53,157 nucleotides of DNA, from positions 1 to 53,157 of the forward strand of contig CAJJUC010000001.1 of the NCBI GenBank assembly GCA_905195005.1, given 5' to 3'. A program made the position numbers and the translations under genes. Each line of letters begins with the position of its first letter. Position 1 is the stretch's first letter. Source of the stretch: an uncultured Eubacteriales bacterium (lineage in GTDB: Bacteria > Bacillota > Clostridia > UMGS1883). Under the pieces are notes generated by a model. The model did not search any database and had not been told where the DNA came from. It saw only the letters and a list, made by a program, of their open reading frames with translations. Below are positions 1 through 7,959 of this stretch, piece after piece.

Positions 1-102
1 GTAATGATCGTGATAATGCGATTCGGGCATATTGAACGACGCGGCGCGCTTTTCGCGCGTGACGGTATACTTTTCAATTGCCTCCTCAACTGCAAGCGCC
101 AT
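1..102 (-). CDS. 5' fragment (34 codons) of a gene leaving the window; possibly an AraC/cupin-type sugar regulator
   Basis: ATG at 102-100 behind GGAGGG (complement of 109-114). Reads MALAVEEAIEKYTVTREKRAASFNMPESHYHDHY; the HYHDHY string resembles the cupin start of AraC-type regulators. Divergent from uxaB-uxaA. The family call is weak. Confidence 0.35.
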   Translation of the reverse strand, partial: MALAVEEAIEKYTVTREKRAASFNMPESHYHDHY

Positions 103-255
103 GAGTATCCCTCCTATACTTTTACTATATCAGCATACAGATACAATTTCAAGCAAAAATTTAATAGTTTTTCGCCATAACAGCAATTTTCTTATAGAAA
201 TGCAAGCTTTTTTGACTTATAATTCTTAATGAATAGATATAAGGAGGTTTTCCCG

Positions 256-1542
256 ATGTTTGACAGAGATAACGCAAAGGAAAAGGTGATTCAGTTCGGC
301 GAGGGCGGCTTTCTCCGCGGCTTTGTTGACTGGATGCTTCAGGCAGTAAACGAAAAAACGGATTTTAACGGCAGTGTGGTTGTTGTTCAGCCGATAGAAA
401 AAGGAATGTGCGATATGCTCACAGCGCAGGACTGCGTTTATACGCATATCTGCCGCGGCAGCGAGGGCGTTGACACGCGGAAAATAAACGTGATTTCGCG
501 CTGCGTGAAGCCTTATGACGATTACGAGGCATATTTAAAGCTTGCCGAAAATCCCGATTTCAGATTTGTTGTTTCGAACACAACGGAGTCGGGCATTGTG
601 TTCCGCGATGAGGACAGGGCGGAGGACATGCCGCCGGTTTCGTTCCCGGCAAAGGTGACGCAGCTGCTCAAAAAAAGGTTTGAGCTGGGCTTGGGCGGAT
701 TTATATTCCTCCCGTGCGAGCTGATTGACAAAAACGGCGCGGCGCTTAAGAAAACCGTTTTGCAGTATGCCGACAAATGGCAGCTCGGCGGCGCTTTCAA
801 AAACTGGGTTGAAACGGAAAACGTTTTCTGCAACACGCTTGTTGACAGAATCAACACGGGCTTTCCGCGCGATGAAAAAATCGACCTAGGATATGAGGAC
901 AACATGCTCAATACCTCGGAATATTTTCATCTGTGGGTGATTGAAAACTGCATGAGCCTTTTTGACGAGCTTCCGCTCGATAAGTGCGGACTTAACGTTA
1001 TTCTGACGGAGAACCTTGAAATGTATCGCACGCGCAAGGTTCGCATTCTCAACGGCGCGCATACATCGCTTGTGCCCTATGCTCTGCTTGAGGGCTTCGA
1101 CACGGTTAAATCCTGCGTTGACAATCCGAAAATGCTTGCGCACATCAAAAAATGCGTGTACGATGAAATTATCCCCACGCTCGATTTGCCGAGAGAGGAG
1201 CTTATCGAGTATGCCGACAACGTTCTGAAGCGTTTTGCAAATCCGTATATAAAGCATTATCTTTCATCGATTGCGCTTAACTCGGTAAGCAAATTCAAGG
1301 TGCGCGTGCTTCCGTCAATCCTTGAGTACATAAAGCGTTTCGGTAAAATGCCGGATGAGCTTATTTTCTCATTTGCAAAGCTGATTGATTTCTACAAAAC
1401 CGATATGACGAACGACGACCCTGCGGTGACGGAGTTTATGAAAAAATCCTCCGTTCGCGAAATACTCGCAAATACGGAGCTTTGGGGCGAGGATCTCACG
1501 TTCCTTGCCGATGAGGTTTTAAAATACTCGTCCGCGGAATGA
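256..1542 (+). CDS. uxaB: tagaturonate reductase / altronate oxidoreductase (mannitol dehydrogenase family)
   Basis: ORF 229-1542, start moved to ATG 256 (AAGGAGG at 241-247). The IQFGEGGFLRGFVDW, NTTESGI, CELIDKNG, LNGAHT and NPYIKH blocks match UxaB as I remember it. uxaA follows directly. Confidence 0.85.
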   Translation: MFDRDNAKEKVIQFGEGGFLRGFVDWMLQAVNEKTDFNGSVVVVQPIEKGMCDMLTAQDCVYTHICRGSEGVDTRKINVISRCVKPYDDYEAYLKLAENPDFRFVVSNTTESGIVFRDEDRAEDMPPVSFPAKVTQLLKKRFELGLGGFIFLPCELIDKNGAALKKTVLQYADKWQLGGAFKNWVETENVFCNTLVDRINTGFPRDEKIDLGYEDNMLNTSEYFHLWVIENCMSLFDELPLDKCGLNVILTENLEMYRTRKVRILNGAHTSLVPYALLEGFDTVKSCVDNPKMLAHIKKCVYDEIIPTLDLPREELIEYADNVLKRFANPYIKHYLSSIALNSVSKFKVRVLPSILEYIKRFGKMPDELIFSFAKLIDFYKTDMTNDDPAVTEFMKKSSVREILANTELWGEDLTFLADEVLKYSSAE

Positions 1543-1557
1543 AAGGAGAGGCGTTAA

Positions 1558-2940
1558 ATGGCTTCAATGCTGATTATCAACAAAGCCGACAACGTTGAAA
1601 TTAATCTTGAAAACGGGCATAAATATGCGCTGCGCGATATTGCCGAGGGGGAAAATATTATAAAATACGGCTTCCCGATAGGGCACGCGGTGCAGCCGAT
1701 TAAAAAGGGTGAGCACGTTCACACGCATAATATGAAAACGAATCTTTCCGGCAAGCTTACCTACAGCTACAATCCCCGGTTTTACGATATTAAAAGGGAA
1801 GAAAGCGCAAAAACCTTTATGGGATACCGCCGCGGAAACGGCGCTGTCGGCATCAGAAACGACATCTGGATTATTCCGACGGTCGGCTGCGTTAATGCGC
1901 TTGCGCTGAAGCTGGCGGCAAAAACGGGCGCAAAGGCGTTCACGCATCCGTTCGGCTGCTCACAGCTCGGCGACGATATGAAAACAACGCAGCTTGTTCT
2001 GCGCGGACTGATAAACCATCCGAACGCCGGCGGCGTGCTTGTCCTCGGCTTGGGGTGCGAAAACAATAATATCGGCGTGTTTAAAAAGGCGCTCGGCGAG
2101 GTGAACCCCGAACGCGTTATTTTCCTCAACACGCAGGACGTTTCGGACGACATCGGCGAGGGCATTGCCGCAATTGAAAAGCTGAAAAAGTATGCATCAT
2201 CCTTCAAGCGCGAACCGATTCCCGTAAGCGAGCTGAAAATCGGGCTTAAATGCGGCGGCAGCGACGGTTACAGCGGCATCACGGCGAATCCGCTTGTCGG
2301 CAGACTTTCCGACAAGGTGATTTCAATGGGCGGCAGCTGCGTGCTCACGGAGGTGCCCGAAATGTTCGGCGCAGAGCAGCTTCTGATGAGCCGCTGCGAA
2401 AGCGAAGCAGTGTTTGATAAAACCGTCACGCTGATAAACAATTTCAAGGATTATTTCATCCGCCACGGGCAGGTGGTTTATGAAAATCCCTCCCCGGGAA
2501 ACAAGGAGGGCGGAATAACCACATTGGAGGAAAAATCGCTCGGCTGCGTGCAGAAGGGCGGGCTGTCCGTGGTGCGCGATGTTCTCGGATACGGCGACAC
2601 ACTCATGAAAAACGGGCTTTCGCTCCTGAACGGTCCCGGCAACGACATTGTTGCAATAACAAATCTGACGGCTGCCGGGGTGCACATGATTCTTTTCACA
2701 ACCGGGCGCGGAACGCCCGTGGGCGCACCTGTGCCGACTGTTAAAATCTCAACCAACAGCCGTCTTGCCGAAAGAAAACCCGGCTGGATTGATTTTAACG
2801 CAGGCAGGATTCTGGAGGGCGCGGAGCTCACGGACGAGCTTTTTGACTTCTGCATATCGGTTGCGGACGGAAAGCAGACGTGCAACGAGCAAAACGGATA
2901 TGAGGAAATCTCCATTTTTAAGGATGGCGTTACACTGTAA
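1558..2940 (+). CDS. uxaA: altronate dehydratase
   Basis: 460 aa. N-terminal SAF-like domain (GHKYALRDIAEGENIIKYGFPIG) plus UxaA/GarD-type C-domain blocks GCENN, KCGGSDG, TEVPEMFGAE and TTGRGTP. Starts 15 nt after uxaB. Confidence 0.85.
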   Translation: MASMLIINKADNVEINLENGHKYALRDIAEGENIIKYGFPIGHAVQPIKKGEHVHTHNMKTNLSGKLTYSYNPRFYDIKREESAKTFMGYRRGNGAVGIRNDIWIIPTVGCVNALALKLAAKTGAKAFTHPFGCSQLGDDMKTTQLVLRGLINHPNAGGVLVLGLGCENNNIGVFKKALGEVNPERVIFLNTQDVSDDIGEGIAAIEKLKKYASSFKREPIPVSELKIGLKCGGSDGYSGITANPLVGRLSDKVISMGGSCVLTEVPEMFGAEQLLMSRCESEAVFDKTVTLINNFKDYFIRHGQVVYENPSPGNKEGGITTLEEKSLGCVQKGGLSVVRDVLGYGDTLMKNGLSLLNGPGNDIVAITNLTAAGVHMILFTTGRGTPVGAPVPTVKISTNSRLAERKPGWIDFNAGRILEGAELTDELFDFCISVADGKQTCNEQNGYEEISIFKDGVTL

Positions 2941-2985
2941 AAAATAAATGGAATGTTAAAAAATTCCGGAATACAAGTAAACGAG

Positions 2986-3027
2986 GGACCGGTAAAAAAG
3001 TCAATTGACTTTTTTACCGGTCCGTTT
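2986..3027. terminator. bidirectional intrinsic terminator between convergent uxaA and cca
   Basis: Perfect 17-bp stem ggaccggtaaaaaagtc / gacttttttaccggtcc (2986-3002 / 3007-3023), loop aatt, flanking T/A runs. Confidence 0.6.
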
Positions 3028-3031
3028 TACA

Positions 3032-4222
3032 TCATTCCGAAATCATATTCCGGGCGAAATTCAGAAGAGCGCTCTTTTCATTCGGCACTTCATCGCGCAG
3101 GACGGAATCAAGCAAATAACCGAGAATGCTGCCGATTTCACGTTCGCCGCAAATTCCGAGCTTTATAAGGTCGCCGCCGTTTACCGCCATGTCACGCAGC
3201 GAGCAGCATTCATGCCCGGCAAGGACGGAGAGCGCTGTGCGTTCCGTTTCGGCTTCACCGAGTGCAAGCCTGCGCAGCTTTCCGAGCATGAGCATATTAT
3301 CCGCGCCGAAGCTGCCGATAAGCCGCCTGACGGTGTAACGGTCGGCTGAGTGATAATCATTGCAGTTTTCAGTGAGAAAGCAAACCGTGCGCCTCAGCTT
3401 GTTTGAAAATTTCAGTCTGCGGCACACTTCCGCCGCACCGCTTCCGAGCGGAAGCATAAGCGCCGCCCAGCACACGGCTGCGTGGCTGCCGCGGCATTTT
3501 TCCGCAAGCTGCGGACTTAAATCCGTGAATCGAACCCCGATTGAATCGGATATAACCGCTTCATACTCCGAAAACACCTCTGCCGTGAAACGCTCCGCGC
3601 AAATTGCCTTTTCAAGCTCCGTTTTAATGCGTTCCGCAGCAATGTGTGAAAGCAGCGGAGCGAGAGCGTTCATCGCGGCGGAGGTTTCTCCGTCAATGCC
3701 GAAGCCGAGCTGCATTGCAAAGCGCACGCCGCGCAGAATCCGCAGCGGATCCTCCGAAAATCGCTCAGCGGGCTTTCCGACGCACCTCAGCGTTTTTCTC
3801 AATATATCCTCAGCTCCGCCGAGAGGATCGATTATCTCGCCGCTGCCGCTTGCAGCAATCGCATTAACGGTGAAATCGCGCCGTGAAAGATCCTCTTTGA
3901 GCGAGCCGGAGAAAACAATTTCGGACGGGTGACGGAAATCGTCATAGCTGCTTTCGCTTCTGAACGTTGTCACCTCGTAAACGCCGTCACTCCCGATAAC
4001 CGAAACCGTTCCGTAACGAAGCCCCGTATCGGCGGTTTTCCATGCGCGGCACGCTTGTTTTATTTCATCGGGGCGAGCCGAGGTTGTTATATCCCAATCG
4101 TGCGGCACAGCGCCGAGCAGCCTGTCACGCACGCAGCCGCCCACGGCGTATGCCTTGAAGCCGTCCGTTTCAAGTGCGGAAATAATCGCTGCCGCCTCTT
4201 TTGGAATTTCAATGCTTTTCAT
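3032..4222 (-). CDS. cca: CCA-adding tRNA nucleotidyltransferase (poly(A) polymerase head-domain family)
   Basis: 396 aa. N-terminus has AVGGCVRDRLLGAVPHDWDITT and RDFTVNA, the hallmark nucleotidyltransferase motifs. Confidence 0.8.
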   Translation of the reverse strand: MKSIEIPKEAAAIISALETDGFKAYAVGGCVRDRLLGAVPHDWDITTSARPDEIKQACRAWKTADTGLRYGTVSVIGSDGVYEVTTFRSESSYDDFRHPSEIVFSGSLKEDLSRRDFTVNAIAASGSGEIIDPLGGAEDILRKTLRCVGKPAERFSEDPLRILRGVRFAMQLGFGIDGETSAAMNALAPLLSHIAAERIKTELEKAICAERFTAEVFSEYEAVISDSIGVRFTDLSPQLAEKCRGSHAAVCWAALMLPLGSGAAEVCRRLKFSNKLRRTVCFLTENCNDYHSADRYTVRRLIGSFGADNMLMLGKLRRLALGEAETERTALSVLAGHECCSLRDMAVNGGDLIKLGICGEREIGSILGYLLDSVLRDEVPNEKSALLNFARNMISE

Positions 4223-4264
4223 CTGTTCACATCCTTTTTTCGGAGCGCTGTAAAAGTTTTTTTC

Positions 4265-4293
4265 AGTATATCACGGCGTTGGCATATTGTCAA
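4265..4293 (-). promoter_or_regulatory. sigma-A-type promoter for cca
   Basis: Minus strand TTGACA (4293-4288), 17-nt spacer, TATACT (4270-4265), about 40 nt upstream of the cca ATG. Confidence 0.4.
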
Positions 4294-4314
4294 TCGGGCC
4301 GGCAGCGGCGAAAA

Positions 4315-4488
4315 TCAGTCAATATCGTCCTCGGGAAATGAGCCTGCATCAAACCACGCGCGCACAAATCCATCGGGATAGGGAACGGCTTCCTCCTCCT
4401 GCGGCTGCCTTACAGGGTGCGGAATAAACGGCATTTCGTCCATCGGAACGGCGTATGTTATATAACAGTAGCGTTTTTCGTTTTCCAT
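4315..4488 (-). CDS. small hypothetical protein (57 aa)
   Basis: ORF 4315-4497; ATG 4488 follows GAGGTG. Acidic, Pro-rich, no recognisable motif. Confidence 0.3.
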   Translation of the reverse strand: MENEKRYCYITYAVPMDEMPFIPHPVRQPQEEEAVPYPDGFVRAWFDAGSFPEDDID

Positions 4489-4565
4489 AGAAATCACCTC
4501 TTATAATTTCTATGCGGAAAAGCCGAACGGTACAACAAAAAAATAACTGCGCCGCAAATTAACTG

Positions 4566-4594
4566 TTGCAATTTAAGCCGCCGTGCGTTATAAT
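4566..4594 (+). promoter_or_regulatory. sigma-A-type promoter for the UPF0340 gene
   Basis: TTGCAA (4566-4571), 17-nt spacer, TATAAT (4589-4594). Confidence 0.45.
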
Positions 4595-4614
4595 CAGTTT
4601 CAGAGGTGAGCGTT

Positions 4615-5160
4615 ATGTTTGAAAATCTGAAGGAGGAAGCGCTTAAAGCCGTGACCGAGCTTGCGGAAACGGCAAAGCTGAAGAAGGGGGATATTTTTGT
4701 TGTCGGCTGTTCAACAAGCGAGGTATGCGGCGATAAAATCGGCACAAATTCGAATTATGATGCCGCTGCGGCAATTCTCGAGGGGATTTATCCCTATCTG
4801 AAAGAAAAGGGAATCTTCCTTGCGGCGCAGTGCTGCGAGCATCTTAACAGAAGCATTGTTATTGAGGAGGAATGCCGCGCAAAATACAATCTTGCTGAGG
4901 TTAATGCGGTTCCGCAGCCGAAGGCAGGCGGTTCATTTGCGACAAATGCGTACAAAGCGTTCAACGAACCCGTTTTGGTGGAGACCGTTCCGGGAAATGC
5001 CGGAATCGACATCGGCGGCACACTTATCGGAATGCACCTTAAGGCGGTTGCAGTTCCCGTGCGTTTAAGTATTAAGAAAATCGGTGAAGCGAATATTATC
5101 TGCGCGCGCACCCGTCCGCGGTTAATCGGCGGTCAGCGTGCAATTTATAAAGAAATGTGA
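4615..5160 (+). CDS. UPF0340/TIGR01440-family protein (YwlG-like)
   Basis: ORF 4606-5160; ATG 4615 follows GAGGTGA. The blocks VVGCSTSEV, AAQCCEHLNRS, AGGSFATNAY, GIDIGGTLIGMHLK and RPRLIGG fit this family. Confidence 0.7.
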   Translation: MFENLKEEALKAVTELAETAKLKKGDIFVVGCSTSEVCGDKIGTNSNYDAAAAILEGIYPYLKEKGIFLAAQCCEHLNRSIVIEEECRAKYNLAEVNAVPQPKAGGSFATNAYKAFNEPVLVETVPGNAGIDIGGTLIGMHLKAVAVPVRLSIKKIGEANIICARTRPRLIGGQRAIYKEM

Positions 5161-5179
5161 AAAAAATTTCAAAAAAGAC

Positions 5180-5208
5180 TTTACAAGCCCGTTATTATAT
5201 GCTATAAT
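5180..5208 (+). promoter_or_regulatory. sigma-A-type promoter for the tRNA-Gly/tRNA-Cys pair
   Basis: TTTACA (5180-5185), 17-nt spacer, TATAAT (5203-5208), 15 nt before tRNA-Gly. Confidence 0.5.
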
Positions 5209-5223
5209 ACGGGCATAAGTTTT

Positions 5224-5298
5224 GCGGGAGTGGCTCAGTGGTAGAGCGTCACCTTGCCAAGGTGAACGTCGCGAGTTCGAATCTCGTCTTCCGCTCCA
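5224..5298 (+). tRNA. tRNA-Gly (anticodon GCC)
   Basis: Folded by hand. Acceptor GCGGGAG/CTTCCGC (one G-U pair), anticodon loop CTTGCCAAG, T-arm GCGAGTTCGAATCTCGT, encoded CCA. Confidence 0.9.
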
Positions 5299-5332
5299 AA
5301 GATAAAAGGCGCCAAGGCGTCTTTTATAATAT

Positions 5333-5406
5333 GGCGCCATAGCCAAGTGGTAAGGCAGAGGCCTGCAAAGCCTTTACCCCCAGTTCAAGTCTGGGTGGCG
5401 CCTCCA
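5333..5406 (+). tRNA. tRNA-Cys (anticodon GCA)
   Basis: Acceptor GGCGCCA/TGGCGCC, anticodon stem-loop GGCCTGCAAAGCC, T-arm CCCAGTTCAAGTCTGGG, encoded CCA. Confidence 0.9.
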
Positions 5407-5407
5407 C

Positions 5408-5440
5408 ATCGGAACGGACTTTGCTCCGTTCCGATTTTTC
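5408..5440 (+). terminator. intrinsic terminator after tRNA-Cys
   Basis: 11-bp stem atcggaacgga / tccgttccgat, loop ctttgc, then TTTTT-like run. Confidence 0.7.
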
Positions 5441-5603
5441 TTTACAGAAAAATCAGTCACACGCGCCGTCGTTCCTCCTCTTTTGCAACAGGCACGCTCA
5501 GCTCGCCTGATCGCTTGCAAACGCACTCACAACGGCTCACAATCGCGGTCACCTTTTTGCGAGATACGCCTGCGGCGCGAATATCTTAATGGTTGGACAG
5601 TCT

Positions 5604-5636
5604 GAGGAAAGCGTTGTTGCAATGCTTTCCTTTTGA
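5604..5636 (+). terminator. second plus-strand terminator-like hairpin
   Basis: ggaaagc (5606-5612) / gctttcc (5624-5630) followed by TTTT. Closes a GC-rich ~190-nt non-coding segment. Confidence 0.45.
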
Positions 5637-5676
5637 CTTTCTCAAATTGAAAAATATTAATGCAGCTGCTTTTGCT

Positions 5677-5844
5677 TTAAGAATACAAGCTTTCTGAATT
5701 TGATTCTCTTTTTACTATATGTGCTTTTAAAATAATATTTATATACTGCGATAAGGAACGATCATCATTCTCCGCATAAAGCCGTATTTTTTCCAGTATC
5801 TCACTGTCAATAGTTATACTGATTTTATTTTTTAATGGTTTCAA
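5677..5844 (-). CDS. ribbon-helix-helix (CopG/Arc-like) small DNA-binding protein, 55 aa, TTG start; absent from the ORF track
   Basis: Hand translation gives (M)KPLKNKISITIDSEILEKIRLYAENDDRSLSQYINIILKAHIVKRESNSESLYS. This fits a beta-strand (ISITID), helix (EILEKIR), helix (LSQYINIIL) pattern. AGGTGA lies 5 nt upstream of the TTG. Confidence 0.5.
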   Translation of the reverse strand: MKPLKNKISITIDSEILEKIRLYAENDDRSLSQYINIILKAHIVKRESNSESLYS

Positions 5845-5887
5845 AGCAATCACCTACAAATAATTATACGCTAATATCGCATATTGT

Positions 5888-5930
5888 ATTGACAAATCGG
5901 ATAAGGTAGGATAAAATATTATTGACAAAT
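5888..5930 (+). promoter_or_regulatory. promoter with duplicated ATTGACAAAT boxes upstream of the zinc-ribbon/DUF2085 pair
   Basis: ATTGACAAAT occurs at 5888-5897 and 5921-5930. The first supplies -35 TTGACA (5889-5894), then a 17-nt spacer and TAAAAT (5912-5917). The second box sits just downstream of the -10. Confidence 0.4.
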
Positions 5931-5961
5931 ATCAACAAATTTTTACGGGAGGGGATAAAAA

Positions 5962-6276
5962 ATGAAATATTGTTCATAATGCGGAAAAGAAATTATGGAG
6001 GACGCTGTAATTTGCCCGAGCTGCGGCTGCGCACAGGATAACCGCGCTTTGCAAAGCCAAAATGATTCGAGCAGCTTCGGCTGGGCGCTGCTGGGTTTTT
6101 GTGTTCCTATCGTCGGACTCATTCTTTATTTGGTTTGGAAAGACAATACCCCGTTAAAAGCTAAGTCTGCCGGCAAAGGTGCATTAGTGAGCGTAATTTT
6201 ATCGGTAATAATCTATGTAATCTACGCCATTATCATCGGTGCGGCTATCGGAGCCATTGGATTGAGCTGCTTTTAA
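5962..6276 (+). pseudogene. zinc-ribbon + two-TM membrane protein interrupted by an in-frame TAA at codon 6
   Basis: A strong RBS (GGGAGGGG) precedes ATG 5962. The reading MKYCS-TAA-CGKEIMEDAVICPSCG puts the stop (5977-5979) inside the first CxxC knuckle. The ORF-track call starts only at ATG 5995. Confidence 0.5.
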
Positions 6277-6281
6277 TCCGC

Positions 6282-6641
6282 ATGAAGCTTAACAAGTTTC
6301 TTGCCATCGCTTTTATGTGCCATCAAAAACCGGAAAGGTCATTTCATTTCAAAGGAAAACAATTCCCCTTGTGCGCAAGGTGCACAGGTATTTTTGCAGG
6401 CTATTTTCTCGGTGTTATCGCAGCATTTATAACGAACTGTGATAATCACTTATTCATGCCGCTGCTTGCAGTTCCGATGGCAGCCGACGGTCTGATACAG
6501 TTTATTTTCAGAATAGAGAGCAACAATTTTCGGCGGTTAATCACCGGAATCCTTGGCGGCATGGGAATAATATATATTTTTATAAACATACATTTGTTTA
6601 CGGTTTGGTGGGTAGTAAAGTTTTTAAAGTTTGTTTCCTGA
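6282..6641 (+). CDS. DUF2085-family membrane protein
   Basis: CHQKPERSFHFKGKQFPLCARCTGIFAGY is the DUF2085 signature as I recall it. Four predicted TM segments. Starts 5 nt after the zinc-ribbon gene. Confidence 0.7.
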   Translation: MKLNKFLAIAFMCHQKPERSFHFKGKQFPLCARCTGIFAGYFLGVIAAFITNCDNHLFMPLLAVPMAADGLIQFIFRIESNNFRRLITGILGGMGIIYIFINIHLFTVWWVVKFLKFVS

Positions 6642-6654
6642 ACTCCGAAATGCA

Positions 6655-6706
6655 GAAAAAGGTGCGGCAGTAAAATGAAATCGCATTTTGCTGCCGCACC
6701 TTTTTT
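6655..6706. terminator. bidirectional intrinsic terminator
   Basis: ggtgcggcag (6661-6670) / ctgccgcacc (6691-6700), flanked by an A-run (6655-6660) and a T-run (6701-6706). Sits between convergent genes. Confidence 0.65.
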
Positions 6707-6744
6707 ATTTTTACCGATAAAACAGGCTATACGCCGACCGCCCC

Positions 6745-7659
6745 TTATAACACTCCGCTGCCGTCCTGCCTTTCACCGTAACCGCCGTAATATATCGTTT
6801 CGCTCGTTCCGTCACTGTATTCAAGCTTGATTGTATCAAGAACAACGGCTTCGCACAAAGAGGAATATGCCTCGGGCAGATCATTTTGTCCTGTAAAATT
6901 CACAAGCCATTCTCCCGGATAAACAGGACCGACCAGCCTCCTCTCAAAATAACTTTGTCCGCTGACAATATCATACGCCGGATCACCCACAGGATTATAC
7001 ATATAGTATGTAGTTGTAAAATAATTTATCGTCTTGTTTGTATTATTCAATGCCGACCAGCGCACGCGGACGCCGTTGGCGCTGTCAAGCTTGAAATACA
7101 ATCCGTTGGGAATAGCCGACGGATTATCGCCGGGTATTAGCGACGGCGGACTTATTTTATAATTCAATCCATCATAGATATCGAGGCGCAGCCGCCGTAT
7201 ACGATTGTCATAAGCAACACTTCCGAACACATTCAGGGCATCGAAGCGCAGAACCGTCTGACCGTCAATATTAAAGCTCGGCACCCAATTCCCGTTAATA
7301 TACGTTTGAATATCCGTTTTGAGAACATCGTTTGCTTTTGTTCCCACAAGCACCTTCGGGATTTTCGGCGCAATATATGTGCTTGCGACATTATTGCTTC
7401 CGTTTCTGCTGATTGACAATGTGCGTGCCTCGCTGCTCCAAACTACGTCAAAGCCGTAATTTCTTAAGTCCTCGGCAACCACAACCGTGTTCCCGTCAAG
7501 ATTAAAGGACGCAATGTTATAATCGTTTATCGACGCTATTATGTCTGTATAGACGGTCTCCCCGATTATTTCGGCAGCGCTTACCCTTACCGAAGCAAGA
7601 AAAAGCAATATTGCTGCACAGCCGCACAGCTTGGCAGCTTTTTTTAATTTTTCCTGCAT
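6745..7659 (-). CDS. secreted protein with two N-terminal repeats resembling copper-amine-oxidase N-terminal (stalk) domains; C-terminal half unknown
   Basis: Signal peptide AAILLFLASVRVSAAE. Internal repeat YTDIIASINDYNIASFNLDGNTVVVAEDLRNYGFDV / KTDIQTYINGNWVPSFNIDGQTVLRFDAL. RBS GGAGGGG. The domain name is from memory only. Confidence 0.55.
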   Translation of the reverse strand: MQEKLKKAAKLCGCAAILLFLASVRVSAAEIIGETVYTDIIASINDYNIASFNLDGNTVVVAEDLRNYGFDVVWSSEARTLSISRNGSNNVASTYIAPKIPKVLVGTKANDVLKTDIQTYINGNWVPSFNIDGQTVLRFDALNVFGSVAYDNRIRRLRLDIYDGLNYKISPPSLIPGDNPSAIPNGLYFKLDSANGVRVRWSALNNTNKTINYFTTTYYMYNPVGDPAYDIVSGQSYFERRLVGPVYPGEWLVNFTGQNDLPEAYSSLCEAVVLDTIKLEYSDGTSETIYYGGYGERQDGSGVL

Positions 7660-7676
7660 AAAATCCCCTCCGCATC

Positions 7677-7729
7677 ATATGTTAATTAATATGTTATATA
7701 TTATAACATATATTATTTCCCATTGTCAA
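7677..7729. promoter_or_regulatory. operator/promoter region: three ATATGTTA half-sites including a 23-bp perfect palindrome that overlaps the minus-strand promoter
   Basis: ATATGTTA at 7677-7684 and 7689-7696, inverted TAACATAT at 7704-7711. The palindrome atatgttatatattataacatat spans 7689-7711. The minus-strand promoter is TTGACA (7729-7724), 18-nt spacer, TATAAT (7705-7700), so its -10 lies inside the palindrome. Confidence 0.45.
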
Positions 7730-7770
7730 GATATAATAGCTTATATTTGACATGCGCCGGGGGTGGGGTA

Positions 7771-7959
7771 ATGAGAGAAAAGCTTACCATAACCAGAAAA
7801 AATCTGAAAGGCGAGGACGGCTACAAAACATTTTCCATAAGAATCAAAGAAAAAACAGCCGCAAACCTCGACCTGCTTTCGAAGCAAACGAACCGCTCAC
7901 GCAATGAGCTGATAAATCTGCTTTTGGATTATGCAATCGAAAACAGCGAGGTTCTTTAA
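7771..7959 (+). CDS. ribbon-helix-helix (CopG-family) DNA-binding protein, 62 aa
   Basis: ORF 7723-7959, start moved to ATG 7771 (GGGGTGGGG RBS). FSIRIKEKTAANLDLLSKQTNRSRNELINLLLDYAI fits the RHH strand-helix-helix pattern. Confidence 0.6.
   Translation: MREKLTITRKNLKGEDGYKTFSIRIKEKTAANLDLLSKQTNRSRNELINLLLDYAIENSEVL

Noticed and set aside
5461-5545. Possible 27-aa Cys-rich peptide on the minus strand (GTG start, VSRCECVCKRSGELSVPVAKEEERRRV)
   Set aside because: It is very short, has a weak start context and has no downstream partner genes. I cannot distinguish it from chance.
5347-5589. 80-aa ORF starting inside tRNA-Cys
   Set aside because: It overlaps a clean tRNA and its terminator, has no RBS, and its composition is uninformative.
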